53,311 nt of DNA, filler included, from Bipalium vagum (GCA_037834085.1; 2 parts of 2 records of this genome joined end to end with filler, not necessarily neighbours in it); one strand, 5' to 3'; shown: positions 1-12,700, numbered from the whole stretch's first letter. A program made the numbers and translations. Notes: generated by a model from the sequence alone, not told the origin.

Positions 1-661
1 TTTGTTTAAGTGCCTCAAAATTAAGGCCAAAACGATTCATGTAAAAAACGCACGAACTTTCCGGACAACCCAATATTTCTCGGAGTTTAAGATGCTGTTT
101 ACACGCCTTAGTGGATCAACCCTATTAATAGAAATAATACCCCAAACATATACCTGGATTCCATGATTGACATTCGGAAGAATACAACATTGTTTGTGGC
201 TTTCAGATTTTCTTCTTGTTACGTACTGCTTTCTCCTATCCGGCAACCACGGTTAAACTTGATAGTAGGGACCGCATAGCTAGTCTCTTAATCAGCCTTT
301 TATCTCTGATAGAAAACTGTTTGGGTCGACCAATTCTTTGAGCATCGTACACGTTACCACGACTATTAAATTTTTGAACAATTTTTCGACAACCACGCTT
401 GGTCACATGGAAATTAAATTCCCTCTTCATCATTAATATTACTTCGGCCCGAATGATTTTGAAAGTACAACAATTGACATTCTTTCTTCTTTCGTTAAAA
501 ATTTTACCATTATAAAATTCTGTTTTTGAAATTTTACCACTTTTAATTTAATATTGATGTATTTAAACATCGCTTACATTATATTAACATAAAAAATGTA
601 TTAAAATCTATCATTTATATCATTCAATTAATTGGGGTGAGCGGACTTAATTAAAGGAGTG
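1..661 (-). mobile_element. Degenerate Tc1-like DNA transposon, truncated by the window start
   Basis: Minus ORF 236-433 (RKIVQKFNSRGNVYDAQRIGRPKQFSIRDKRLIKRLA) resembles a Tc1 HTH with GRP motif. ORF 37-246 (VYVWGIIS...LNSEKY) resembles the DDE region. TIR-like end CACTCCTTTAATTAAGTCC is flanked by TA at 662-663. Confidence 0.75.
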
Positions 662-663
662 TA

Positions 664-725
664 AGTCGAGGTTTTTTCTATAAAATTTGATGAAAAAATG
701 GGGTTGTATATTCGAGTATCTACGG
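664..725. mobile_element. Terminal fragment of a pogo/Tc2-type element, interrupted by the Tc1 insertion
   Basis: Ends ...TATATTCGAGTATCTACGG|TA, resembling CCGTA..TACTCGAATATA termini of this group. Confidence 0.4.
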
Positions 726-1357
726 TATTTATTTATGGGAAAACTTAACAATTATACAGGACACCATGCTTTTCTTATACTGAGCATTAGTGACACCTAA
801 CTAACTTGCATAAATCAATAATTTTGTATAGCTTTTTGACATGAAGAAAATTTATGACGGCAGTGATTTTTTTCAACTAAACTATTCTTACCATTGAAAT
901 GATTTCCGTCGTAGATCAGATCTAATATTGTTTTCTATCAGTTCTCAACAATAATCAGATCTGGGTTTTTTGGCGACCATCATCAACATTACGACAGCAC
1001 AACACCAAGATTTGAGATCGCATGTCTTGAAATATTATAATATTAAATGTAATATAAACATTAACTAATATTTTAAAAATAATTTTTTCATAAGTGAAAC
1101 ACAAAATAAATGCTTATTTACCAATTGCCTAGATTTTTTGTATCATTTAGAACTAGTTCAATTTAAACTTAAATTTTGATAACAATAAAGGTATTATAAA
1201 AATCAATGTATATGCATACTTTTAATTCTCTATGATATAGAAATTAATGAAATTTTAAAATTTTAATTTATATAACAAATTAAATAAAAATAAACAAAAA
1301 GATTTAATTTTAAACACATTTGTTTAAATTTATATCTAAAATGAAAACGTGTCTTTA

Positions 1358-1735
1358 AGCAAGTTAGTAGATCTAACAAATTTATGTTTGCTAGTGGAAA
1401 ATGCTTGCCAAAACAAATACGTTCTTATTTTTAAGTTTGTTTAAGAATATAGAAAACTTAGTAATTGCTTTTCTTTATTACAATTCTTTTCATTAAGTTA
1501 GAATTGTAAAATAGTGTCGGCAAGTTAGTAAAACTAACAAATTTATGTTTTTTAGTGGAAATGCTTGCGAAAACAATTGATGTAATCTTTCTAATTTTAA
1601 GATTATATTGAACATGGAGATAATAATCACCAATTTTTACCTATTATAATAAAAAAATTCATATCGTTGTAGATAATAGGGCAAGTTAGTAAAACTGAAA
1701 ATTATCTTTTTTAGTGGAAACACTTGCAAAATGAA
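1358..1735. repeat. Three-copy degenerate tandem repeat, ~161-bp period, with a conserved ~50-bp core
   Basis: Core GCAAGTTAGTA..CT.A.AA.TT.T.TTT..TAGTGGAAA..CTTGC.AAA at ~1359, ~1520 and ~1681. Confidence 0.8.
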
Positions 1736-1849
1736 TTAATATATTTATTTATAAATTGAATATATTAAACAATATGCTAAGTATAAAAATATTTTATGGA
1801 TTTAAAAATAGAACTAATAATGATTAATTAAATAAAACTCAGTTATCAG

Positions 1850-2400
1850 AAGTTGAATACTTCAGTTTCAGACATTTTTCAAATTTTTTTAAGTACTCAA
1901 CATTCCATTGCTATCATATTTTTAATACTGAAATAGTTATCTTCGTCAATGTGTCCCCTTTCTAAGAACCTTTTCTGCTTACTATGGCAGCACTGCTTCT
2001 GAATATCATAGAATAACTTTTTACAATGTACAACAATTCTAAATTCATGCATATGCTGACCATCTATTTGTCTTTGGGACAGATTCTTAAATTAAATTTA
2101 AAGATAATGAATTTAATCAACAAAAAATCACTTAGACCGAATAAGCGCGGATAATATTCCATTAGAAAATATATATTATCAACAAAATCTGTTCCATTAC
2201 AAAATAATCTTAAACTACTTGAACTTATTAATGACATTTAAGTTTTATTTGACTCAGTTCTAAACCCAAGCCAAGAGATAAATAGAATATTCTTACAATC
2301 TAAGCTAGATTTGAAATTATCAAAGCCACTTTAGGAAATATACAGCTGGAAAGGAAAACTGTTGAAGGTATATTAGTATGATGCTAATTTATTATATTTT
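1850..2400 (+). mobile_element. Decayed non-LTR (LINE) reverse transcriptase remnant
   Basis: Frameshifted LRQ-CPLSKNLFCL (~1941, RQGCPLSP-like), then IHAYADHLFVFG (~2043, YADD-like) and NLKLL (~2206), in the expected order. Confidence 0.55.
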
Positions 2401-2879
2401 ATTAAGTTGACTAAGAATTTTTAATCCATTAAAATGTGTTTTTTGAAATCAGTTTTTAAAACAATTTTTAAAGAATTAAGTCAATAAAAATTTTTTCTAT
2501 AATGTTTCAATACCTATTATTTCGAATTATCATTATTATTATTATTTATCATAATGTACAAATGGGACTCGGAAGATAACAATGATAACACTCAACACTG
2601 ACAGAAAGAATCCAGATAACTTCTCGCGGTGGCGTCATTCTATTGCTACTTAATTTTTTTAATAACATCTAATGTTTCAATTACTTCCTCTTTTTCCTTA
2701 TTTTCGTCATTATTTTCCATCCTTAAATTTATTATTATTTCATTTCTTTAAACTTAATTATTATTGAGATTTTACTAAAATAACTCAATTGTGATTAATT
2801 TACTAAAAATATCCGACTTTTTGAATTCGATTTCATTATTGATTTCAACATATTGATCATTTCATCACTCTTTTTTGAG

Positions 2880-5731
2880 CAGCGTGGTGGGTCAGAGCTG
2901 TGTTCTGACCAGAATATGACGTATTGCAAACTGAGAAGGTGAGTTCCTACACGAATGTTCATAGCTATGAAGATAGAAGCGATCCAATAAAATTAATCCA
3001 ATAAAAAAGGGAATTGATTGGGAAGTAGAAGACATGTACCAATAATTTCCCCAAAGAAAAGTAGGAAAGGAAATCCAGGATCTAGAAAACGAAAGTTGGA
3101 AAAGGAAGCAGTTGATAGAATGACAAATTGGGTTATGGCCTTAGGAGCTTGTGGAGCAGCATTGTTAATCATGTTGCCACATTAGAAAACGCTGTAGAAG
3201 GGAACGAAGAGTAGTAATGAAGAGGAAAATGAAAAGTTATCGAGTTTAGAATTCCCAACTGAAATTCAACCGTTATCAAGTCATGGAGAAACATGGATTT
3301 TGGAACCGTGTCCGAGGATGTAGACTTGCAATCAAACTTCGAGTTTTCGCAGAACAGAGGAATGTTTTGTTTAATGTCTGATGGAATGCTTTGTGATTGT
3401 TTTAGTATGGATGTATCATATTTGAGAAATTAAAATTAAATCTATATATATATAACTTTTCTTCTCTTTTCTTTTTGATAAAAAGGGATGTGGCGTATCA
3501 TCCAAAAAGAAAGCTCTTGTTCCATACGAGTATTATTAAAGCAAAAATATTGATTGATTTGTTAATCTTTATTACTGTTCAGCAAAAACAAATAAATAAT
3601 GGAATGCTACAAAGCTGGATTGAAGCCCGCCGAAATTCCGTACCCTTCTTTCATTTCCCGCGAAGAAAAGAAAATCAATTATTTATAGGAGAATAGGAAC
3701 ATTAATAAACCCCTGACCTTAGCTAAGAAAAGTTGTCTAGACAACCTAAAGGAGATAGCAGTTATTACATCATGGTTCAGACAGAATAAGGGAGCCATGA
3801 AATGGTTTACAGAACCAGAAACAATCCCCAACAAGTTAAAAAGGAAGAAAAACCGATTATAGGCAAATGATTTGTCTACTGCAACTAGTCCCCGCAGTCA
3901 ATTTTGCTTACCTTAGTCGCTGGGGGCAAGAAATTCATTTTCTGAGTACTAGTAGGGTATTGGTGATCGAAAGAAGAAACAATGAGATCTATGTCGAAGC
4001 ATTTATGCCAGAAATCCAAGTATCCCTACAAATAAAAGAAGACGTTGATTCAGAGTGTTATCTACTAACCACTTGACCTATAATAATTGAAGTGTTAAGC
4101 CAACACCGAGAAGAATAAGGACTAGCTAAGAAAAAGCAGACAGAATGGGATCCTATTCCAGAGAAGATTGGCTGGCGAGAAGACCATACGTCGACAAAAG
4201 TTGGTTGAAACATCCAGATACTCGACAGATTGTCATGTTGGACGTCAAGTATGGCTTGCCAATGTTCATGACAAGAATGGCCCCCCTAGGAGCTGTCCTA
4301 TCTGATACTAAATGAAACTTTTCCTTTCGAAGTCTAATAGCACCCAGAGCATATGTAGCAGATTATAGGACAATCGACCACGGTATTACATCAGAGATGA
4401 TCGAAGGGCAAGTTGACGAACTGACAGCGAAATTAGAATTATCTAGATTACTCGAGGGAAAACCAGCGATAGGTTATGAAGTAAAAAGAGCATTAGAAGC
4501 AATAAGAGTTGATAGGAGTTGGATCCGTGGCTACTGGGATCCTACCACGTTACCACTTATAAGAAAAGATGGGCTATTAACACCAAGACGAGATGGAACT
4601 GCATCACTTCACATGTTAGTGCTCTATTATGGAAACAGAAAAATGGAAAACTGAAGATGTTGTTATATTCTAACAAGGGATACTGCATTTATGATGAAGG
4701 TTTGGAATAGTATTGAAGACATGGAAAGATCAATATACGGACAAGAAAGAGAAGCAGAAAAGAAGACAGAGGCTACGAAAAAGGTAGAATTGACCAAGAA
4801 AAGGAAGATCAGCCAACAAAGAAAGTCGAAAAGATAGGTCAGATAGTTAATATGCTGACGGAAAGACAGGTATCAGTAAAAAGAGAAAACCCGGCAACCA
4901 AACCATCAGTCATAGTGGAAGTCATCGAAATATCAGACTCACCGGCAGAAGTAGAAACTGAAAATCAAAGAATGGATACTTCTACGGTGGAGAGCGATGG
5001 ATCAAAGAGCAAGTTGCACGAAAATAGTGAGGAAGAACGAAAGAGGCTAGCAGAAGATAAGAGAATGGAAGAAAATTTTAAGAAATTTAGGTAATTATAC
5101 AAATCTCCATCAATAGATCTAGATGACAATGATAACGAGCCTGGAGTCTTCACGAGGGAAGAATATAATAAGAAACATCAAAAACCCGAAATGAGCCATC
5201 AAGAGGTTAAGAACGTAACCACGGATTTCACGAGGAAGGTGGCAATCCGTGGATCAATAAGTCATCAAAAGGCGAAGAGAAAACGAGAAGTAACACCAAC
5301 ACCCAGATGGGAGGACATGATAGCAGAAGAAGATATTATAGTATTGATGGAGCCGATTGCATTGGACGCAACAGAGGAAGAGGAAAGCAATAGGCAATCA
5401 CTAAAATCAAGCAGTGAAGAGCTAAGAAGAATACACTAGCAGAAATACATGTAATGAGCGAGGAGAATGCCTGGGAATGGGTTGAGATAAAGTTAAAATC
5501 GAGAAGGATAGGCCAAGAAGTGATATTGACAAATGATAAAGAGTGGGAAGAGGGGGGTTGCGAAAAATGAAGAAGACGGAATCGGAAGACAAAGAAGAAG
5601 GAAAAACTAAACTGAATCCTACAACTTTGTGTCGATCTTGTCTGTGATTTTAATAAATATTTATGTGTTATGAGAGAGTTTATTCAACTAATAGATTCGG
5701 AGGATCGAATCTCATTAAAATCTGGAGTGTC
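2880..5731 (+). mobile_element. Decayed internal region of an LTR-retroelement-like insertion, no pol motifs recognised
   Basis: Purine-rich, GC-elevated sequence with many broken plus-strand ORFs (3867-5439). It ends in a GATTCGGAGGATCGAATC hairpin and a short purine tract directly before TGTTG, as at the 3' end of Gypsy-type elements. Confidence 0.45.
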
Positions 5732-6608
5732 TGTTGGGTTAGCCAAGGACAAATCGCTGCAAACCATTGTAAAAAAAGAACGCAATAGGGTTTAGATTGG
5801 TTATTATCAATTAATTATTAAGACCGCAAGAGAGTCAGAAATAACTTAATAATAATAATAAATAAATAAATTAAAAAGTACATAAAAAGGGGTAATTAAT
5901 TGTTTTCAAAAAGAATCTAATCTTGACAATGGCAAACCTAAATTGCCAAGATTAGATCAGGGTCCGCGAGAAGGGACCGATTTAGAATTATCAAGCTAAA
6001 AAGGGAATTGACATTCCCCATTGATAAAGCTGGTCTACGATTGATTGATCGTCTGATCAGAATAGTATATAAGGATATGGAATCCGCAGTGGATTGTCAT
6101 AAAATTCTCCGAAAGAAATTGTCGTGACTACAAGGATATTTGTCAAAAGAAGGACACGAGGCTGTCGACGACAGAATATTGTTCGAAAAGGTTTTTCATT
6201 CTTTATGCCCTCTATGTGACAGGAGCACACGACGGGTCCTGTGCGGTTAGGGGGTATCTGAGCGGACCGGATTGGACTCAGCTAACCACCCTTTGGACCT
6301 GTCGTCACAATTTTTATTTATTTTTTTCTTTTTAATTAACTCTTACGTACGGTCATTTATTTGATATTCATATTTAATTATTTAATTGATTAATACCATT
6401 TGATTTTTAGTGTGATAACATTTGATTTTTCTTTTTTTGTAAAAACATTTGATTGCAGACATTTTATTGATCATTTGAAACATTTTTTACTGTTTGTATT
6501 GTTATTTTAGCAATAAAGTGTTGTTCATAGTTGTTTGATTCATTCATTTGCGTACACATATAGGCAAAAGTGAAGGGGTCAGTAACTTTGCGAGCTAAGG
6601 TTACGACA
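5732..6608 (+). mobile_element. LTR-like repeat copy 1 (TGTTG...CGACA, 877 bp)
   Basis: TG...CA termini, TATA-like TATATAAG at ~6066, AATAAA at ~6512. The start TGTTGGGTTAGCCAAGG and end GAGCTAAGGTTAC resemble the other copies. Confidence 0.6.
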
Positions 6609-6609
6609 G

Positions 6610-7906
6610 TGTTCATAGTGATATAATATCGTAACAATAGTACAGTGCAACTTCTATAATCGGACCAAACTCCATATTTGAACCAATAATTTGTACTTAT
6701 CATATTTCTCGATACTTTCATATAAAAAATAAAATTCTTGCTCCAAAAATTTCAATAATTGGTTTTAATAATATTTTGGTATATAACATTTTCAAAACCA
6801 GGAATGAGTAAAAAATTATCATATGAATATAAATATAAATAAATATAACTAAAATTACGGATTATTTAATTCAAAAACGTTGAAATATATTATTATTTAT
6901 TGGACTTATTATTGTTTTTTAAAATTTCTATTATTACATCCATATTAGTTCATATACAACATGTTTTATAGCCTTTTTATGTCTTAACTTCTAATATTGG
7001 ACTAACTTCTATTTTTGGACCACTTTTGAAATTTTGTGGTCCAAAATAGAAGTTGCACTGTAATAATGATAATCATAAGTATTGGCGTCGAGGCTATGGA
7101 ATGTATTAATTATTACTTTTTAGAAAGTAGGCTCCGTCATGGGAGAAATTAATTTCTTTGTCTAACTTTGAATTGGCGTAGAGACAAAGTTAGAAATAAT
7201 GGGCTATTGATGGAATAACCGTCGCGAACCGTAGGGATTGGTGATCGTAGCCCAACCTATATGACTATATAAAGAGACGTCTATTCTCTAAAATTTGCCC
7301 AAAAATGAATTTCAAAACGAATTTCAGAACGACGATTTCAGAAGAATCATTTCATACGATTTGACACGATTTTTCAGAGGACCCGAGGACAATTCGAGGA
7401 TTCCCTTATTCATTTTTTTTGGATATGCTATCGCAAGAAGATTTATCAAGGGGACGCATCGAGTTTGAGAATCTCTACGTGATCTGCAAAGGACCTAAAG
7501 AACAACCCGTGACCCCTTGTCGCTCCTGATGAGACCGTTTTATTTTGTTAACTCTCGAACTCTTTCTCTTTGTGATTATTCTTCTCGTTCTTTTATTTAA
7601 AACTATTTAATTAGATTATTATTATCATTCCTTTTTTGTGTTCATTATTACTTTAACCATTAACTCGATTTTGATTATTTGACATAGAAGCCATTTTGTT
7701 TTAAGTGATTATTGGACATATTTTTGGGTGATTTACGAGTATTGGAGCAAATTTATTTTTATTATATATTATATTTTTTTATTTATAATAAAGTTTTATT
7801 GTGTGTTTTGATTCATTTTGAGTTTAACTTTGTGTAGGAACAATAGAACTACAAGCACAACATGTTTTAGTTGTGAGGAGTTACTGATAGACGAGCGAAA
7901 GTTACT
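6610..7906 (+). mobile_element. LTR-like repeat copy 2, interrupted by a MITE; 5' boundary uncertain
   Basis: Collinear similarity to 25490-26434: ACTATATAAAAGAGACG, GAGTTTGRGAATCYCTA, GGACCT, TTGTCGCTCCTG, GAGGAGTTA, GAGCGAAAGTTAC. Confidence 0.65.
6643..7060. mobile_element. 418-bp MITE of the Tc1/mariner/pogo superfamily
   Basis: TIRs CAGTGCAACTTCTATAATCGGACCA and TGGTCCAAAATAGAAGTTGCACTG, TA on both sides, no coding capacity. Confidence 0.85.
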
Positions 7907-8259
7907 TTAATGAGAAATAATAGGTACAGTTAATATTTTCTAATAATTTTTTATTTAGTGTTAAAATGTCCAAACAAAATGAACATAGGACCAAATTCTT
8001 AATTGCAGATTTAATTGAAAAATGAAAATCATTAAAACTGGAATAATAAAAAATAAGCTTTGAGAATTATAAAAAAATCGGAAAAATTGAAGAAATGCGA
8101 TTTTAGGGCTTAAGTTAATTGCTGGTTTTATTTGGACGTTCTATCACTATTCAGAGAAAATATAGCCATTTTAGAGTAATTTGGAACAGAATTTGTGAAA
8201 AAAACGTGGGACTTATTATATAAAAAATTTCGATATATTTATATATGAAAAGCAATATA

Positions 8260-8765
8260 TCAGGTTGTAACGGAGTTGGCTTGAGCACACAAACTTAGAA
8301 AAAAATTATTAGGTCCTATAAAAAATGTCAAAATTTCACTATCTTTTCAAATCCTGATTTTTGAAATTAATGAAGTTGCGAAAGTCATTTTCCACTTTGG
8401 TTTTTCAAAGATCTTCCTACCAGAAAGTTTGACACTGACCTATATTAATGAAAATCTTTAAGTGCTATGTCTGGTGAATAAACAGGATGGAGAAGAGTTT
8501 CGTAGCTGAGGTCTTTCAATTTTTGTTCTTACTATATTCTTGCATGATGTTACCAGCTGCCTCAGCTACGGAATGTTTCAGCTTGAACTCATAAAACATA
8601 TATATCCTAATTTGCTCAGAAGTCACGGTAAATTCAATATTTCGTATTATAAATAATTAATTTAGATTGGTAAAACACATTTTTTGATAACTCAAAGGTT
8701 TTGTCGATTAAAATTCAACTAAAATATTAATTTAAAAAACCGATATTACATTTTACACAACCTGA
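8260..8765 (-). mobile_element. Internally deleted mariner element
   Basis: TA-TCAGGTTGT...ACAACCTGA-TA ends. The minus strand joins the N-terminal EQIRIYMFYEFKLKHSVAEAAGNI to ETLLHPVYSPDIAL (YSPDLAP motif). Confidence 0.8.
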
Positions 8766-9596
8766 TAACATTTTGGTGTTTTTGTTTTCACACAAATAAT
8801 AGGAAAGTATAATAATTTTACTACTGCCGTCCCACTCAGAACTCTCTCAGAACTGATGATGTCAGAAGTGGCAGTTCAGGAATTCAGCAATGAAGTGAAA
8901 AACGGAATTAAGCAGTAATTTGACTTATTATCTAATGACAAGGATTATGCTTGGGGGCCGGTACTGTAAAGATCCAGACTGAGAAGCCTGAGCCGAAATT
9001 AGCTTAAAGTAACCTTTTTTCTTTGTTTAAATTAAGGAATTAACTGCTCGATTTTCAATATTTTTTTGTAATTTCATACGTTGTGAAAGTCACAAGGATG
9101 TGATTTTGGAGACACTATTCAAGACATTACAGTTATGACGTTAATGTGATTTTATTAAAATATTTCGACTTGTGTTAATTGATTCGTACAATATCTTTGA
9201 CTAACATGGCTCAAGATCTGATATTTAGAGACCTATTGAGTGTTTAGTTAACAAAAATATTAACATTATTTATGAGGAGTCTATTATTTCATTTTCAGAT
9301 TTCATCTTTGATGTTTCACTGAAAGTAATGGTTTAAAATGGTATTCCTCCACAATTTGACCCTTTAAACAAAGTTTTATTTTGAAACAATAAATTGTGAT
9401 ATTGTTTATAACATTGGGACAATTTTTGACTATTTTTCATTGTATTTGCAATAAAATAATTTCTCCATTTATCCCAATCTAAATTGTCAAAAATGCCAAG
9501 AAATCTTCAGAATAATACATTTTAAATTTAATAAAGGTGTGTGTATATTATTGGAAAAATAAAACCGAAATCTGCAGGCCACGATTTTGATAATAT

Positions 9597-9779
9597 TTAT
9601 TGAGAAAATTGATATGAAGAACCGAAAATAACCCACGTTGGCGTTGAACATTCGGCATACGAAAACACATGAACTCTCAAAGCCAAACTGACATCGACAC
9701 CGTGACAATTAATAATTTCTTGAAATATCGGAGACTTGAGTGCCGTTTCCATAATCAACTTGGTGTTGATGTGAAGAAC
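9597..9779 (-). CDS. CEP76: CEP76 exon 8 (terminal)
   Basis: VLHINTKLIMETALKSPIFQEIINCHGVDVSLALRVHVFSY...WVIFG, then stop. Confidence 0.92.
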   Translation of the reverse strand, partial: VLHINTKLIMETALKSPIFQEIINCHGVDVSLALRVHVFSYAECSTPTWVIFGSSYQFSQ

Positions 9780-12700
9780 CTTAAATGATGACAAGGATTA
9801 AAACAAAATGGACACACCACTTCAGAGTCATTTACATACATGCAGGGGGAAAGCTTTGAACGTATATCCGTCTTTGACGTGGCGCTGAATTGCAGATTTG
9901 AACTCGTCATTGCCAACGTTGGACAGTCCAGTCAATTGCTCCAATTCATACGAAAACAGCGCCTGGCCAAGAATGTAACACAATTGGTCATCCCACCTCG
10001 TAATAACGTTGGTTCCCAATCGAGCCTTTCGCCACTGATACACCAGGGTCCTCAGTTGATTTTCTAAATCATTACTCATTTTTGCAGTGTTTTCCGAATT
10101 GGACACGAGTCGGGGAACAACGAGCGGTATTCGATTGTTCCACGAAATATTTTTTCCCGTATTGCTTATCGATTTTTCGAAAAACTTGTTTTCCACAACA
10201 ATGGAAATTATTTCCTCCGACATTTTTTTCCAACGATTCGAGTTCTGCAAGAAAAAAATGCTCTCATAACTTTGGCACAAATATCGATAGAGAAATAAAA
10301 GAACCCACATTCATATCAAATATGCACATTTCGATGCTGTTGTTTTTGTAATTGTTAGCGAAAAACTGAAAATGGTTGAACAGGCAACCGATATTGATAT
10401 ATTCCATCCTCAAGTTGGTTGGAGGCTGGTAATGGGGAAACGATCGAAAAGAATACTTTTTGCCTGTCGATGCTTCCCAAAAAGTTGCCTTGTTTGGATG
10501 TTCTTCCTGAATATCAGAAGTTTTGTATTGATTTCTAATATTTCATTGATAGTAAACGGTTAATAATAATAAAAAAATATAAAAATTCTGACTTGAAAGT
10601 TATTAATAATATTAATCATAATGAAGAAGACTGACTTGGAAAGTGACAACCCAAGAATGAGGTCTGCGATTGCTGGTGTCATCCTTCACAATGCCAATAG
10701 CAACATAGGCATTTATTCCAAAGCCCAACAACAGAGAACAGAGGAAAAGAGAATGGTTTTCCACATTGCCTCTGTTTTCGACAATAAACGCCAATCCAGA
10801 TTTCCACAAGTCGTGACTGGAGGCACTCGTGCCGATAGATGCGCTGACTTGAGTTGGAATCGAGGCTATAAATCTTGCTGCCTGAACGGGTGAATCGAGA
10901 ATGCGACCGGCTCTGATTGGCGTCACATAATCACAAACGAATCTAGATACAACAAGTTCGATAATATCAAGTGAGATAATGAAATCGATATCGCTTTAGG
11001 AACCTGTTGAGACCGTTTTCATCTTGAGCAAATATTTTCACGTGTCGATCGTCACCGGGGTGATCGATAGTAAACTCTTGCCACCATTGCTTGGCATAAA
11101 CCAAAAATTTCTTTTCCTTCTCTGATCCGTAAGTGACATTCTCCATTCTCAACTGAGCATTGAATACATCCTGGTTGATCGGCAATTCTCGATCATTACA
11201 CGGCACCAACTGTAGAACAACCTCTATGCTTCCAACATTGACCTGAAGAAATGAATCAATAATTAATAAATAATCCATTTAAGTAATGAAACATATATGA
11301 AAAGATAGAAGAAAAAGAGATATACACTATAACCTACTTAAACAGAACAAATCTCGGTCCCATATTTTCGCCTTCCTATCTTTACTATTACTTTTTTTTT
11401 CTGTTTAAGGGATTGTGTTTAAACAGAGCAAATTTTAGTTTAAAATTTTTAATTTTCAACTTCTAATAATTTTGATTTTGTTTAATTTTAATTTAATTTG
11501 TTTTTCTTTACTTTATAAATTTATGATTTACTTTACTTTTTAAATCTGTTTTAGAATTACCCATAATGAATAAAAAGAAAATCTTAACTCTTACAGAGAA
11601 ATATGAAATTTTATGTCAGTTGGATGCGGGTGTTAAGCAAGCCGAGCTAACAAGAAAGCATAAGGTCTATCCTTCTATAGTTTCATCAATAAAAAATAGC
11701 AGAGAAAAATTTTTTGATGCTATTTCAACTCGAAAATTAAACACCAAGAAAGTTAATAATACTTCTTTTGGGAGCATTGATTCCGAATTACTGAACTGGT
11801 TTAAACTTCAAAGAATGAACAATGTTCTAATTTCTTCACAATACTTTTTGAAAAAGTAGCTCAATTGGTTGAAAGATTGGAAATTAAAGATTTCAATTGT
11901 AACATAAGTTGGATTGAACGTTTTAGAAAACGCCATTCAATTACATATGGTATTGTCTCTGGTGAATCTAAAGTAGCGGATCAGTTGGTTGTTCAAAGTT
12001 GATTAATTGATCGATGGCCTCAACTAAGATTGTGATATGAAAATCGAAATATCTTTAATGTGGATGAGACTGGTCTTTTCTTTAAAATGTTACCTAATAA
12101 AACTATGAGACTTAAAGGAGACAAATGAAGTGGTGGTAAAATATAAAAAGAAAGATTACCAGTTTTTCTTTGGGCTAGTATTACTGGTGAAAAGAGGCCT
12201 CCTATCATTATTGGAAAATATTTAAAACCGAGATTTTTCAAAAATAAAAGCGTGGAACATCTACATTATGCAAATAAAAATGCTTGGATGACATCCGAAT
12301 TTTTCAAAAAGGAATTAATGAAATGGTATACAAGGCTTAGAAATGCTAAGAGAAAAATTTTACTGCTCGTTGATAATTGCTCAGCGCATCCGGATACCAA
12401 TAATATTTTTAAAAACATAAAACTGTATTCTTGCCATCAAATACAACAAGTGTTTTGCAACCTATGGATACAGGAATAATAAAAAAATTTCAAATGAATT
12501 ACCGAAAAAGTTTGGTTGCTCAGTTAATAAACTGTATTGACAAAAATCAAGAATACAATATTAATATTTTTGATGCAATTCAAATGATACCGGATGCTTG
12601 AGAAAGAATATCCTCAGGAACAATTTATAATTGCTTTCATCATTCAATTTTATCGCAACAAGTAAACATTCCTGAGACTTCTAAAGATATAAATGGTTTA

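Noticed and set aside
860-1010. OTU-protease-like fragment on the minus strand (LIYDGNHFN)
   Set aside because: It is a single short motif with adjacent stops, which is too little support.
1358-1735. CRISPR-like repeat-spacer array
   Set aside because: The repeats are degenerate, the spacers are ~105 nt and similar to each other, there are no cas genes, and the context is eukaryotic.
7525-7565. Hammerhead ribozyme (CTGATGAG...CGAAC)
   Set aside because: There is no GAAA core or stems I/III, and the homologous site in copy 3 reads CTGGTAAG.
8850-8900. Hammerhead ribozyme (CTGATGA plus hairpin)
   Set aside because: The hairpin is followed by GTTC rather than GAAA, and no stem III is present.
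9840-10893. Plus-strand ORFs 9840-10067, 10082-10351, 10372-10563 and 10621-10893
   Set aside because: They are antisense shadows of CEP76 exons.
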